Assembly (NCBI RefSeq): GCF_009834535.1
Contig: NC_045696.1
Coordinates: 108,688,001-108,752,000 of the forward strand
Length of the DNA stretch: 64,000 bases
From: Camelus ferus
Taxonomy: Eukaryota
Direction of reading: 5' to 3'
The notes beneath the pieces are model-generated. The model was not told the origin of the DNA, searched no databases, and was given only the letters and a program-made list of their open reading frames with translations. Position 1 is the first letter of the stretch; every line of letters begins with the position of its first letter. Below, piece after piece: positions 25,370-37,520 of this stretch. The translations under genes and the position numbers were made by a program.

Positions 25370-25679
25370 CGGGAAACATTTTAGGTGTGAGAACGTGAAT
25401 GGGGACCTGCACACACCCATCTCCACAGCGGGTGCCGACATGAGAGGGGAATGAAGTCACCCCGGAAGCAGGCAGACACAGAGTCCCAGGATAAGCCACT
25501 CACCCAGTCTCCAGAACCTCACCAAGTCTCAACAAAATCCTTTTTGCTTAAATTACGAGGGAACACAGCACATACCACAAGAACGAGAACATCCTTCTGT
25601 AGAGTCAGAGGAAGAGCACACCTCTAAAGTGAGATACGGCAGAATTCAGAAAACTTCAGGAAATTGTGTAGTTTTTTAG

Positions 25680-27305
25680 GAGTGTACGAGAAAGCTTGGT
25701 TTCTAAAACAGAGGAACAGGAAGTCACAAGAAGGGGCAGTCAGCAGGATGAGATGAAATGGAAGAGAAAACGAGAAGATAGCAAGGAAACTACAAATGCA
25801 ATAGCAGAAACAGAGCCCCTTGGCAGGCGGGGAAGAGCAAAGATGGAGCTTCCGGACACAAGTCAGTAACACAGAAAACAAATGCAAGAGAAATTCAGAT
25901 GATATGGTGGAAGGTGAAAGATTTGGCAGAAAATGGAGAACCACATGCAGATAATGAGGATTCCTAAAATAGAATCCACAACCAATGAAGCAGAAGAGAA
26001 ATCAAAGCTATAATGTAATAAAACATTATCGAGCTGAAGAAGATAAAGGCCTGTGTGTACAGGCAGATGGGTTCACCAAGCAGTCAGCGAAAAGAAACCC
26101 TAGACACATCTTGGAAAATAATAAAGATAATGTCGGAGAGAGAAAGCGGGCTGCTCACAGGTTGAATCAGGCGGCTTCAGACATCTCGATGACAGAGAAT
26201 CGACCTGAAGGTACAGGAGGATGCGGGCTGTGATGAAAAGGGCCTTTCCAGTTGGAGGAAGAGCCGATCACTCAGGGAACAAGAGACTCAAGTTAGCTAC
26301 TATAAAAGTTAAATCTTTACTTTATACCAAATCCCCAAAATGAATCCCTACTGGATTAAATATTTAAATGAAAAATTGAGTCATAAAAGTAATATGGTAA
26401 AACACACATGAATATTTATATAACTTTAGAGTGAGGAAGAACTTTCAAAGAAGGAACCAAAGGCAAAAAGCACTAAGGAGAAAAACTGATAGACTGAACT
26501 ACACAGAAATTGTCAGGTTGCTGCAAAAATGCAGTTCTAAATCTAATTGCAAATTCAGGGAAAATGAAAGATATATGACAAAGATTCATATCCTGCAAAT
26601 CACTAGGAAGGTGGATAAAGAACAAAAGCAGGCAATTGACAATAGAAGAAATACAAGCAAATATTAGTCCAACTGGCAATCAAATTTAAAAACCTAAGAT
26701 AAAATAAGTAAGATTTCACATTTTCAGCTGTCAGGCTAACATAGAATCAAAAGAATTATAACGACCATTGTTGGAAACCGTCAGGGGTCATTCATGGGCC
26801 TTCAGGATAGGAAGGGCACATCAGTACAGTGTGTGTGAATGGCAACTGGGAATTCTGTCAAAAGCTTTAAAAATGGGAAAACATTTAATTCCAAAATTCT
26901 GCTTATTGGAATTTATCTTAAGAATACCATCAAGTTATCAAAAATATGTGAACAAGGAACTTCATTAAGCACTGCTTATACCAGCTGGAGAAGAAAATTA
27001 AAATGACCCAGATGTCTCAGTTTAGTGAAATAAGTTACCAAATTTAATATAAGGCAAGTGTTAACATGATAACATAGGCACTCACTGATATGATACGGAG
27101 AGGGGAACACTATGTAATGTTAAAAAAAAAAAAGAAATCCTACAAGTATATGGCACCATTTTTGATGAAAGAAACACACATACGATACACTAATATATTA
27201 GCAGTAGTTACGGCAAGATTGCAGATTCTTTCCTTTATGTTTATTTGTATGTCTACTCTTTTCGTTTTTACTACGGATATGAATTACATATGATTTTTTA
27301 AAAAC
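25680..27305 (+). mobile_element. Old L1M fragments (ORF1-like part to about 26230, then ORF2 end and 3' UTR)
   Basis: Contains ccctagacacatcttggaaaa, tactggattaaatatttaaatg, ggcaactgggaattctgtcaaaagctttaaaaatg and ggaatttatcttaagaa. Confidence 0.6.
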
Positions 27306-27324
27306 TTGCTTTAAAATACAATTA

Positions 27325-28617
27325 AAATGCCCAGGAGTGCAACTGCTAAGTCATATGATAAGCACACGTATGGTTTTGTATGAAGCTGTGATACTGTTTT
27401 CCCGAATGGCTGTACCATTTTACACTCCCTCTGGCAATGCTTGAGGGATGCAGTTTCTCCACATCCTTGCCAGCATTTGATGTTATCACTATTTTTAATT
27501 GTAGCCATTTTAAGAGGTCTGTAGTGACATCTCACTGTGGTTTTTATTGGTATGTCCCCAGCAGCTAACGATATTGAATACATTTTCATGTGCTTGTTGG
27601 TCATCTGTAGAAAAGTGAAAACCTATGTTTACACAAAAACCTGTATGTGAATGTTCACAGCAGCTTTATTCGTAATTGCCCCAAACTGGAAACAACCCAG
27701 ATGTCTCGCAACAGGTGAATGGTTAAACAGACTTACAGACTAGTCATCCAGCAGAGGACTGGTTCCAGGATCCCCTCCTTGGATACCAAAATACACAGAT
27801 GCTCAACTCCCTTACAGAAGATGGTGGAGTATTTGCATATGATATATGCACACCCTCCTTTATACTTTGTCATCTCTAGATTACTTATAACATCTAATAC
27901 TATGTAAATGTTATGTAAATATTTGCTGGTGCATGGCAGACTGAAGTTTTGCCTTTTGGAATTTCCTGGAATTTGTTTGTTTCCAAACATTCTCAACGCG
28001 CAGTTGGTTGAATCTGTGGATGTGGAACCCGCAGGCAGGGAGAGCTGAGTGCATATCAATACCACGGAACACCAATCAGCAATCAGCAATAAAATAGAAT
28101 ATTTGCTATGCACAACTTAAATGAATTGCAATGGAAGAATGTTGAGTGAAAAAAGCAAACCCCTAAAGGTTACACAATGTGTAATTCCATTTATAGGGCG
28201 TTCTTGAAAAGAGAAAATTATAAAGATGGAGAACAGATTGGTTGCCAGCAACAACGGAGGAGGAAGAAAGGAAATGGCTATGGTTATAAAAAGGTATCAC
28301 TTGTGATAAACTGTTCTATGTCCTGACTGTGGTGATGGTCGTACAATTCTATACCTGTGATTGAAATGAACAGATCTAAATACACACACACACACACATG
28401 TGAGTGCATGTAAAATTGGTGATATCTGAATAAGGTCAATGGATTGTTTCCATGTTAACTTCCTCATTGTGACACTGCACTAGAGTTATGCAAGATATTA
28501 CCATTGGCGGGAACTGAATGAAGGGCACATGCATCTCTCTGCACTATTTCTTACAACTGCATAAGAATCTATAATTATCCCCAAATTTAAAAAGTTTAAA
28601 TATGGGACATAAAAAAT
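27325..28617 (+). mobile_element. L1MD-type element with inverted 5' segment (about 27325-27609 antisense, 27610 onward sense)
   Basis: An antisense ORF2-end block abuts the sense gaaaacctatgtttacacaaaaacctgt. L1MD 3' UTR ctgaataaggtcaatggattg...gcaagatattaccattggcgggaactg. TSD atacaat[t/g]aaaatgc at 27316-27330 and 28618-28632. Confidence 0.8.
27736..28051 (+). mobile_element. MER2 (TcMar-Tigger) inserted in the L1MD
   Basis: ggactggttccaggatccc...ggataccaaaat...gatgctcaactccctt...tcatctctagattacttataa...ggttgaatctgtggatgtggaacccgc, preceded by TA. Confidence 0.85.
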
Positions 28618-28949
28618 ATACAATGAAAATGCAACAAGTTACAGGCTAACACATAGCTATGCAAAGAGCAATATGAACACTGGAGGTTGGGGGAGGCACA
28701 CAAGGGGTTCAGGGAGGCCTTCCTGTAGGAGGTGGACTGAGGAGTCTGAAAGTACTATAAACAGCAAGCCCGTTCCCAGGCAAGGAACAACAGGAGATGG
28801 GGATGCAGCCTGAGCTCCGGTGATGACCATCTCCGAGGCCTCAGAAGTCTGCTGAGAAGAAGGGGAAGAAGCAGGGCAGACAGGGAGAGAGGATGCCCTG
28901 GGAGGGGCATCTTTTTCCCCCATCTTTCATGATATTCCATTTATTGATC

Positions 28950-29520
28950 ATATTATTCATTTATTGATCCATTCACTCATTTGTTCAACAACTATCCGCC
29001 ATGTGCCAGACACTGCACCACACTCTGGGGATAAAATCATAAACAGAAGACCATCCTTGTCCACCCCAGCCAAGATGGACAAGCAAACAGAGAAAAGTAC
29101 AAAAACATTATTGTGTAAAAAGTGCTACAACAGGGTATGCACAGACTGCATATGGAAGGGGGACCTAAACCTGGAGGGCTTCATGGAAGAGGTGGCATCT
29201 GGGCTAAAACCTGAAGCATCAGTAACAGAAATCAAAATGAGCCCAAGTGGGGAAGGACAGCCTTCAAAGTAAAAGGAATCAATGGCTTGTACAAAAGCCC
29301 AGAGGTGAGACTCTATGTCACAGTTGGGGAAATTAAATGTGGCTGGAAAGTTCATCACACTCAGGATGGTGCAGGGCCCAAATGCCATGCTAAGGAGTCT
29401 GGGCGAGCTCTTAAGGGGCTAGAGGAGCTATTGAAGTCTTTTTTTTATAGGGGAGAGGCTCGTGATCAGAACTGAGTTGTAGGAAGATCATGCTGAGAGC
29501 AGTAAGGAAATTAAACTGGG
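28950..29520 (-). mobile_element. L2
   Basis: attcactcatttgttcaaca...atgtgccagacactg...ggcttcatggaagaggtggcatctgggct...tgccatgctaaggagtctggg...ggaagatcatgctg. Confidence 0.75.
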
Positions 29521-30534
29521 GTGGTGCAGGGGACCCCGGACCTCACCTGTGCTCCAGGTCATCACCAAGAAGCTCTTCAGAGCTCTCACACAGCTTCCTG
29601 GGCCCCCTGTGCCACGGTCAGCGCATGTCCCCTGGGGAAGCACCGACTCCGTAGTTTATGGAGTTCTGAGCTCCCGGGCCAAGCTCTCTGCCATCCCCGA
29701 TCAATTGCTCCCTGTCACAAGCTGATCTTGTTCCAGTTCTTTACTTTCTGGATCATAAAGTTGTCCTCTGCGTGACTTAGGAGGCTCTCCAGTGCTGGGC
29801 ATTTATAACCCAGAGATACCTGTGCCGTCAGCAGCCCCCATTAGTGTGCTGCTCGACAATTTAGCTGTCCCCTCCGAGGCCAGGATTAGATCTATCTGTT
29901 TCCCCAGGTCTTACTCGCCTGGCATCGGGATGAGACTGGATGGCGTCCCAGGCTGCGCACTGGCAGCAAGGACAGCCGGTAGCCCGTGCTGCTGTAGTTT
30001 CCAAACACACAGAGCCAGAACTGCTGGCGGCCCCCTGGCAGTGGGGGGCAGGGGACGGCACCCCTTCTGGCCAGGCAGGCATCCTTCTGATGCCTCTTGG
30101 GAACAAGTACCATCTGTGGAGAGGCTTTAGGAAAAGGACAGTGGAAAGGGGGAGCGGGGAGGCCACCGGTCAGCTCCAAACCCTGGTGAGAAACAAGGGA
30201 CAGAAATCCCGAGACAGAGCTGGAAGCACATCTCTCACCAGTGGGATTCAGGGGCCATGAGAGCAGGGCCAGGGCAGCGTAGGTCAGGAGGGATGGGATC
30301 TGAGTGTTCGGGCAAGAGAGAGATTCTGTTCCATCTGCTGTCTCACTGCAGGTGGAGGGATGAATAAGACAGGTCTTTCCTCTGGGAGCTCACAGCGTGG
30401 AGAGGGTGGGACAAGGCTCCACGCTGTCCCCATCTGACTCTAGACACTCCATTTCCTGTAGGAAGTGACTGCTGAGGCTGTGAGCCCAAGGGATTTTGAG
30501 GGCATTTACCTTGGCAGCTCAAGTGCCTGGAAAG

Positions 30535-30645
30535 ATCCCTGCACTAGGGCAGGACCACTCTGTGCTTGTGCTCCAAGGCTCAGACAGCGCCTGGCACCAA
30601 GAAGATGCTCAGTTAACACTCACGGGATATTTGTCTTGGTTTAAC
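30535..30645 (+). mobile_element. L2 3' fragment
   Basis: agggcaggaccac...cagacagcgcctggcaccaagaagatgctcagtta. Confidence 0.5.
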
Positions 30646-31699
30646 TCCTTTGTCTCAGGAAATGAGAACACAAACAAGCTTTCATTCACCACACTGACTA
30701 GAAGCTTAGGCAACATCGTGCTGGGACCAGAGGGGAGTTTGCAGCCCAGAGAGCTGTGTGGGGCTGCCTCCCTCAGAGGCATCCCACCAAGCTCTCACAA
30801 GCGTACAGCTCAAAACCAGAGATTCCTCTGGAGCCAGAGCCCAAGAGCAGATCCCCAGCCTTTATCTTCACCCCGGGGAGCCCTCTGGCTCCCTGGACCA
30901 GCCCTCAGGTGCTGGGCTACTGTCTCAGCACCATAAATCACAGGCCTCTAGGACCACAGTGCCTCGTGTGAGGTCCCAACATTGAGCTCATTTACTAGGT
31001 GACCTTTAAAAAAAAATGAAAGAGGAAAAGGCAGTTTTCCCTCGCAGGTGACCAGGGATTACAGTTTCCCAAATGCAGCTAGAGAAAGTGGAGGCAGAGA
31101 GAGTTGTGGGGAGAAACGGATAATGAAACAGCCCTGGAAATGGACCGGCTTCCAGACTCACCCATCAAAGGAAATTCCTACCTTTAACTCGGAGAAGAAG
31201 AGGGATTCTCACCCACTGTGGGCAGCAGAGAGCCTTGCAAAGCATAGAGGCGTGGCCCACATGAGGGGTCCCTGAAGGCTCCTTGAGATTGTGACATCTA
31301 GCTGAGGTCTGACTTAGGGAGGGAGGGGGGAAGAAACAAACAGAGGGATCAAAATTGGGAAGGCCTCAGGTTGGAAGAGGGTGGAGGCAGGGCCAGGAAC
31401 AAAAGCAGCCCAGAAGGAGGCGAGGCCAGCCAGGGGGAACGTGGTTTGCACTGGTGTTCAGGGTGAGGCAGGCAGACTGTGCACTTCTCTGGGGCCAGTT
31501 CAGCGCAGCTGGTAAGTTAGGGGGTCTGAGAATTCTTTGCAGAATTGGAAAGGAATAGGCTAAAGGGTATTTAATTTTTTTTTCTTTTCGGGGCTAACAC
31601 CCCAATAGGAAGAGAAGCTTCAGGGCTCCACTCTGAAGCTGGGAAACAGTTCAAATACCAAGGCTTCACCCTGTGACTACCCCAAACTCGAAGAATATC

Positions 31700-32770
31700 A
31701 GCCCTTCAGAAGTATTGATGAAGAGCAGATGCTGTGCCTCCGTCAAAGATGGTGCACAGACCCAGCTGAGTACTTGTATTCCTAAATCAGAGGCCCACGT
31801 CAAAAAAAAGTATTCAGTATTCAAAGACCTAACAGAAAAAATTCCTGAAAATAAAGGACTAATTGGCAGACCTAGTGAAATGGTTGAACTTCAAAGATAA
31901 GGAAGTACTCAGCCAGCAGACGGAAGAGCAAGTCACCTAGGGAAGCACATGGGGAGCCCTAGGCTTGTCTCTGTTGACCTTCCATTTGCAGGTAGATGTT
32001 CTCATGGACGAAGAACCTCAAGTAACAGAGTCCTTCTAGGGGAAAAAACTACTTGAGAATGTGATTCAGCCAAGAGATAAATCAAAATAATGAAGTCAGC
32101 ATAAAGAAATTGGGATAAAGCAACTGGGAGCTATTATAGTCTTAAATGTAGAAATAAAACAAAAAACTTTCTGAAGTTGGTCTAAACCTTAAAATGAAAA
32201 AAAAATGTCAAAACAATTAACAAAAAGGAGGAGGAAGGGAAAGGGAAAGAAATAGAAGAAATCAAAATATACCAATGTCCTCATCTTTAACAGAAAGGGG
32301 TTAATTGTTACTATTTAAAATTGAAATATGAAGTTTAGAATAATGATTCAAATCACATTGTCTTGTAACATTCTTTCTCAGTCCTAAGAGAATCTTTCAA
32401 GAAATATATTTTCTGGTGAAGAGACATTTATCAAATGTAGTAATTTCCTCAATTTTATATTAGTTTCTTTTTCTTCAGTTACACTTAAACAAAATTATAT
32501 TAATGTTTGCAAGATTACCATTATCACATTTTTCTAAAATTAGTTCTGACTCTCCATCTATCTTCCTAGCTCTAGTGAAGATAAATTATAAAGACATGTC
32601 TGAAGTGGTGTTGACCTAAATTTAACAACTGCAGTGTCTGGATTTTTTTAGTCATTTTTCACTTTCCTCATTATACTTATTTTCTTTTGCTTCTGTGAAA
32701 CGTTCATAGAAATGTGTGACTTTAGTAAAAGCGAAAAGTCACTTTTCTTAAAATCAAAATGTCAGACACA
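31700..32770 (+). mobile_element. Degenerate HAL1/L1M remnant
   Basis: tattcaaagacctaacagaaaaaattcctgaaaataaagg, gttgaacttcaaagataagga, aaaactacttgagaatgtgattcagc, followed by an A-rich 3' part. Confidence 0.5.
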
Positions 32771-33382
32771 CAAAAAATATCAATAACATGTTGCATAAAT
32801 TAAAGCAATCATTTATGATTTCCATGTTAATAATTCCCATTTACTAGCTTCTGTTTGCTCAAAACATTTTCAGAATCTCCCCCTCCACGGTTTCAAAAAA
32901 AGCAGTGGTAATTTTCCCATGCTGGTGCAGTAAATGCACACACTGATTCTTCTTTTTCTTTCTTCTTTTTTTTTTTTTTTTTTTTTTGTCTATCCTGTCC
33001 TCTAGTCAAATATTCAGAGCCTTTGTGATTTATGTCACCTGCTACTTGGACCTTGACTCATTGCTTCCAATGGGATGCCAGAGACACACAGTAATTGGAA
33101 AGCTTGAAACATTTTCAGGAATCTATTTAATTTACTCAGAAGACCTCTGTAGGTGTCTGATTCCTCAACCTGCTCACAAACATGATGAGAGAGACAGAGC
33201 TCCTTAAACGCTGACCCCAGATCAGGAACCTCCCAGGGCCCTTCGCAGAGCAGACCCGGACACAGGAGGGAGGGCACGCGGGTCTTCCTCCGAGTCCACT
33301 TTGTCAGCATCACCTGCCTCCCTGCCTTCCACTCCCTCTCTTTTCTCCTACCGCCAGTTCCCCTGTTTCTGAAGTATCCCCT

Positions 33383-33840
33383 ACAGCAGTGACTCCAAAC
33401 CTGAATACCCTGGAACAGAAATTCTCAGAGTATACAGAAATAAATCCAGGGATACCAGAATTTCATAAAAAGAGAATGTGTGTTTGGGGAGGGATTACTG
33501 GACACACAAATCCTTGTAAGTACTACAAGTACAAACCATGTGGATCCGGGTGCCGGAATACTTGTGCCGCATCGCTGTCATGGTCACCCCAGCCAGTATC
33601 CGTTAGCGATAAGGGGTGGGGGGAGGCGCCTTGTGGTATGGCTAGTCCTGTTTACAGTCTAATAGTGCGTTCATTTACTGTGGTTACTCGTATTAGGGTA
33701 GTTAGCACATCAAGACAATTTATAGACCCTGACAGTGATTCATTCTGCTCATGTTTACTCATTTGATTAGGCTAACTGCTCCTCTTTGAAAAAGACATAC
33801 TTAAGCTGTTCTAGGAATATGGTTACACACATTAAGCTGA
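33383..33840. mobile_element. Probable hAT-Charlie DNA transposon fragment
   Basis: Begins with a Charlie-like end (cagcagtgactccaaacctg) and the internal composition differs from the flanks. Subfamily not resolved. Confidence 0.35.
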
Positions 33841-34232
33841 AGACAAAGAGATGCCAACGTATGTGTTCATCAGATCCCATTAGCATCTCTTGAGCTGTTG
33901 CCTATTTTGTGCCCAGCTCTGAGCCCAGCACTTTATATTCATTCTCTTTCAGCCAGAACAGCCCCCCAGGGCTAGCAGGCATTTCTCAACACAGAGCCTT
34001 GTGCCCTGGTTCAGAGGGACAGAGCTACTGGCTTAGATTGAAGAGCAAGGACTTGGGCCTCCCTCCAATCTCAGCATCAGGTCGCCGCCTTAACGGATAC
34101 GAGCTCTGACTCTGGAACAAAGCCAAGCCCACAATTTCTGCTCAGCCCTGGACAAGCTAGTCATAACTCTGGGATTCAAGGTCCTCCTTGGCAAATCAGA
34201 GCTAACCAAAGGACGTACCCCCAAAGGACTGT

Positions 34233-34610
34233 CGTATTAGTCTGTTCAGGCTGCTGCAACAGAAGACCACAGGCGGTAGCCTAACCCTCACACAATTATT
34301 TTCTCACATTCCAGACTTCTGGAGGCTGGAATTCTATCTAAGTCAAGGTGCCAGCGAGGTTGGTTTCTGGCAAGGTCTCTCTCCTCAGTTTGCAGATGGT
34401 ACCTTCACACCGTGTCCCCACATGGCCTTTTCTCTGAGCACAGGTGGAGGCAAAGCCCTGGTGTCTCTTCCTCTTCTTCTAAGAGCCTCACCCTTGTGAC
34501 TTCACTGAACTCTCATCACCTTGCTAACAGCCCCATCTCCAAGTACAGTCCCAGTTCAGGTTAGAGCTTCAACATTCAAATTTAGTGGGGACACCACTTA
34601 GTCCCTAACA
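34233..34610 (-). mobile_element. MLT1A/B-like solo LTR (ERVL-MaLR)
   Basis: gtattagtctgttcaggctgctgcaacagaagaccacag...ttctggaggctggaa...aagtcaaggtgccagc...ttagagcttcaaca...ggggacac...gtccctaaca. Confidence 0.85.
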
Positions 34611-34637
34611 GTTGTTGGGATGATTAAATGAGTGAAT

Positions 34638-34830
34638 GTATAAAACAGACAGACAGCAAGTTTCTACCGTATAGCACAGAGAGCTACATTCAATATCTTG
34701 TAGTAGCCTATAATGAAAAAGAATATGAAAAGGAGTGTATGTATGTATGTGTATGACTGAAACATGCTGTACACCAGAAATTGACACAACATTGTAAACT
34801 GACTATCTTCAGTATAAATAAATAAATACA
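34638..34830 (+). mobile_element. Young lineage-specific L1 3' end (camelid type)
   Basis: tatagcacagagagctacattcaatatcttgtagtagcctataatgaaaaagaatatgaaaagga...gctgtacaccagaaattgacacaacattgtaaactgactat plus a (taaa)n tail. The same sequence recurs at 46.6 kb, 51.0 kb and 52.4 kb. Confidence 0.88.
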
Positions 34831-34896
34831 TGCATGCATGCATGCCTGCGACGTACTCAGGCAGGGCAGTGCCTATACGTAATAAATGTTAGCCAT

Positions 34897-35388
34897 CGTT
34901 ATTGGGAAGAACAAATCTGACTCCGTATTTGATGTTTCTTTACTTTCCCTTTTGTATTCTGTGGCTTTTGCTACAAGTAAATCTCTAAAGGGGTGTTGCC
35001 TATAAGCTTAAATTATACATAATGGCATGGCCCACCCCTGGGAACCCTGCCTCCCAAGGAATGAGCACTAAGCTAAAATACCTTTATCTAGCTCACAGGG
35101 AACAGCCTGACCAGGCCCACCCATGAATGACAGCAAGAAGGAAGAAATTAACACATCTCCTCCCAAGGCTGACCTGAGCCAGGAAATGTCTGGCTTTACT
35201 CCCTCCCCTTTTGGTATAAAAGAAGCCCGAATTCTAACTCAGGCAAGACAGTTCTTTGGGACACTAGTCCACCACCTTCTCAGTCTGCTGGCTTTCCGGA
35301 TAAAGTCACTCTTCCTTGCCCCAACACCTCATCTCTCGATTTGCTGGCCTGTCGTGCGGCAAGCAGTACGAGCTTGGACTTGGTAACA
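34897..35388 (+). mobile_element. ERV1 solo LTR, MER41-like
   Basis: About 490 bp with (c)gtta...taaca ends, a TATA (tataaaa near 35215) and the MER41-type 3' end cttccttgccccaacacctcatctctcgatttgctggcctgtcgtgcggcaagcagtacgagcttggacttggtaaca. Confidence 0.8.
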
Positions 35389-35519
35389 CTTTTTTGGAAA
35401 CATAAAGTTAGCCTGCCCCAAGACCATGAGGACACACACTGAGTTGAAGAGAAAGGGATCCCTCTGTCTCCTTTTTTGGTGTTAAACTGATCTTCCTTTA
35501 AGAAATGACGCAGCAGTGG

Positions 35520-35555
<36 letters not shown>
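35520..35555. repeat. (TG)n microsatellite
   Basis: Directly visible. Confidence 0.97.
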
Positions 35556-35557
<2 letters not shown>

Positions 35558-36554
35558 GCATCCTTAATGGAGATCTTGTATTAGTAACCTGATATTTTGG
35601 GGTTCATTTGTAGTCCAAAAGTCTGGAGCCCATGGGCTAGACTACAGTCCAACGTTAAGTAAAAAATGAGAGTTCCCTGTCCCAGGCCCCCCACTTTCCA
35701 GATGGGTAAGTTGGGTCATGACCTCACTTGGTTTCCAGGTGCCCTGGCCAATACTGAACCAGTCCCTCAAGCTACTGTCTGGAATCAGCTGCACACTGGC
35801 TGGGATGCTAACAGCCACACATGCACACACATCAATGCTTATGCTTATTTGTGAGGACTGGCAATTAAGAAAGGCTCATTTAAGCTGCAGTGCATCTGAC
35901 AGGAAAGACTTGAAAGGCACCATCCAAGAGAGAAAGCACCCAAGTCAGCTGAACTCTGGCTACATTCACTGGCCACTCTGCCACCACTTTCCCCAAATGA
36001 AAAACACTGTTTCATGGAATAATCATGTGGGATCCTCCCAGCACTCACATTCTTTAATGATCCCCAAAACAGCCCCGTCCCAGGATCGCAGGATGAAGCT
36101 GAGGAGTCGGCATCTGAATGCTCACTCCCGACCTGATGTGTGAAGCCTGAATTTATAATCTAAAGCAACGGGTGAAATGCAGGTGTTTTTGTGTGTACCT
36201 CACTCCCGAGTTGTTGCGAGTGAAATCCGCTTCGGAGGGCCATGATCTGGGTGGACAGATTTCTCTCAGCTGGAACTGTGTGTGACTCCTGACCACCGGA
36301 TTCCCAGGAGACCCACGGCCATTCACTGTCCTGACTGAGACAGTGATTCCGAGTTCAAACCACATTGACCTCAGAATCATGGGGTCCTGACAGCCAGAGC
36401 CAAAAGGCAACACTGACTAAGCCATCCTGGGTAGGGGCAGGCGTTCTTGGAAGACAGCAGCCTCAGGAGAGCAGAGGTAAGAGCAGGAGTAGGAACACGA
36501 GTAACCTGAGTACTAATACTTGGGGAGGGTTGGCTCCATTCTCGCTCACACGCT

Positions 36555-36760
36555 GAGCAGCTCATCCATCTCATTTAATCCTCTATACAACCCTATGAAA
36601 TAGGCTCTAGTGTTATCCCATTTCATACATGAGAAATCTAAGGAGCAAGTAGCCAGTGGGCAAGTATATGGGAAAGCCCTCATTCCTGTTAGAAGGAATC
36701 GGAGTCTCTTGAGAAATAAGGCAGAATGAGCCAACTCAACTCACTCCCAACAGAAAGCCA
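36555..36760 (-). mobile_element. MIR SINE
   Basis: atctcatttaatcctctatacaaccctatgaaatagg...tatcccatttcatacatgagaaa. Confidence 0.7.
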
Positions 36761-37364
36761 CCTTTCATGGCTCTGGGTGTTCCACTGAACCCCACAAGGG
36801 GCAGGCCGAGGTCTATGGAAAGGGGCCCAGAGTAGGAACACAAGGGCCGGGACTGGGAAGCCAGGTCTAGTCATGCAATAAAAAGGATTCAACTGAAAAT
36901 GTGACACCAGGGTAGTGGTCCCCCCTGGTCCAGCTTCCCCTTGGAGTAAATTCTGGAAATCACATGAGGTCCCTACCGGGCTCCACGCCCTTCCACTGAG
37001 GCCACCCAAGCTCCCTCGGCCTCAGGAGCCACCCTCACACGCACATGCCACCCCTCAGGACACTAAGCTGTTACTTTCTGAGTTTTCCCCTACAACCCCC
37101 TGAGCCCCTTTTCACCCCAGGGTTACCCCAGGCTGCTCTCAGGCCCTCACTGTCAACTGGCTATGAAACATGCTCAGACACAGGGAGCAGAGCTCAGGGC
37201 TGAGAATTCCCTCTCACTCCTACTTCTTCATCCCCATGACCCTTTCGGAGATGTTTACCATGAACACGTTTCATGTAAGAAACCGCCCAGGACCACCCGA
37301 GAGTCACCTGCTCCTTTGCAGGGCAGAGAATTTATTCTTCACCAGGAGAGTCCACAACTGAAGT

Positions 37365-37520
37365 CACAGTCACCTAACCCTCAGGACACCCCGGGGGCCG
37401 CCAGGAAGGTGACGGAGAGTGTCACCCCTACTTTGCAGATGACTGGCTGAGGCCAAGGGTGCAGCTGTCACATAGCATGGTGGCGATACTGCAGAGGGGC
37501 CCAAGCTTCCCAAACATTTG
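37365..37520 (-). mobile_element. MIR fragment
   Basis: cctaaccctcaggacacc...tcacccctactttgcagatga...ctgaggccaaggg. Confidence 0.45.

Larger units (their letters stand above)
34100..34896 (+). mobile_element. MIR split into three pieces by MLT1 and L1 insertions
   Basis: 5' part ctctggaac...ccctggacaagctag (34100-34232), middle gttgttgggatgattaaatgagtgaatg (34611-34638), tail cgtaataaatgttagccat (to 34896). Confidence 0.6.

Noticed and set aside
27311..27604. 97-aa ORF MTNKHMKMYSISL...
   Set aside because: Degenerate L1 ORF2 C-terminal region within the inverted L1 segment.
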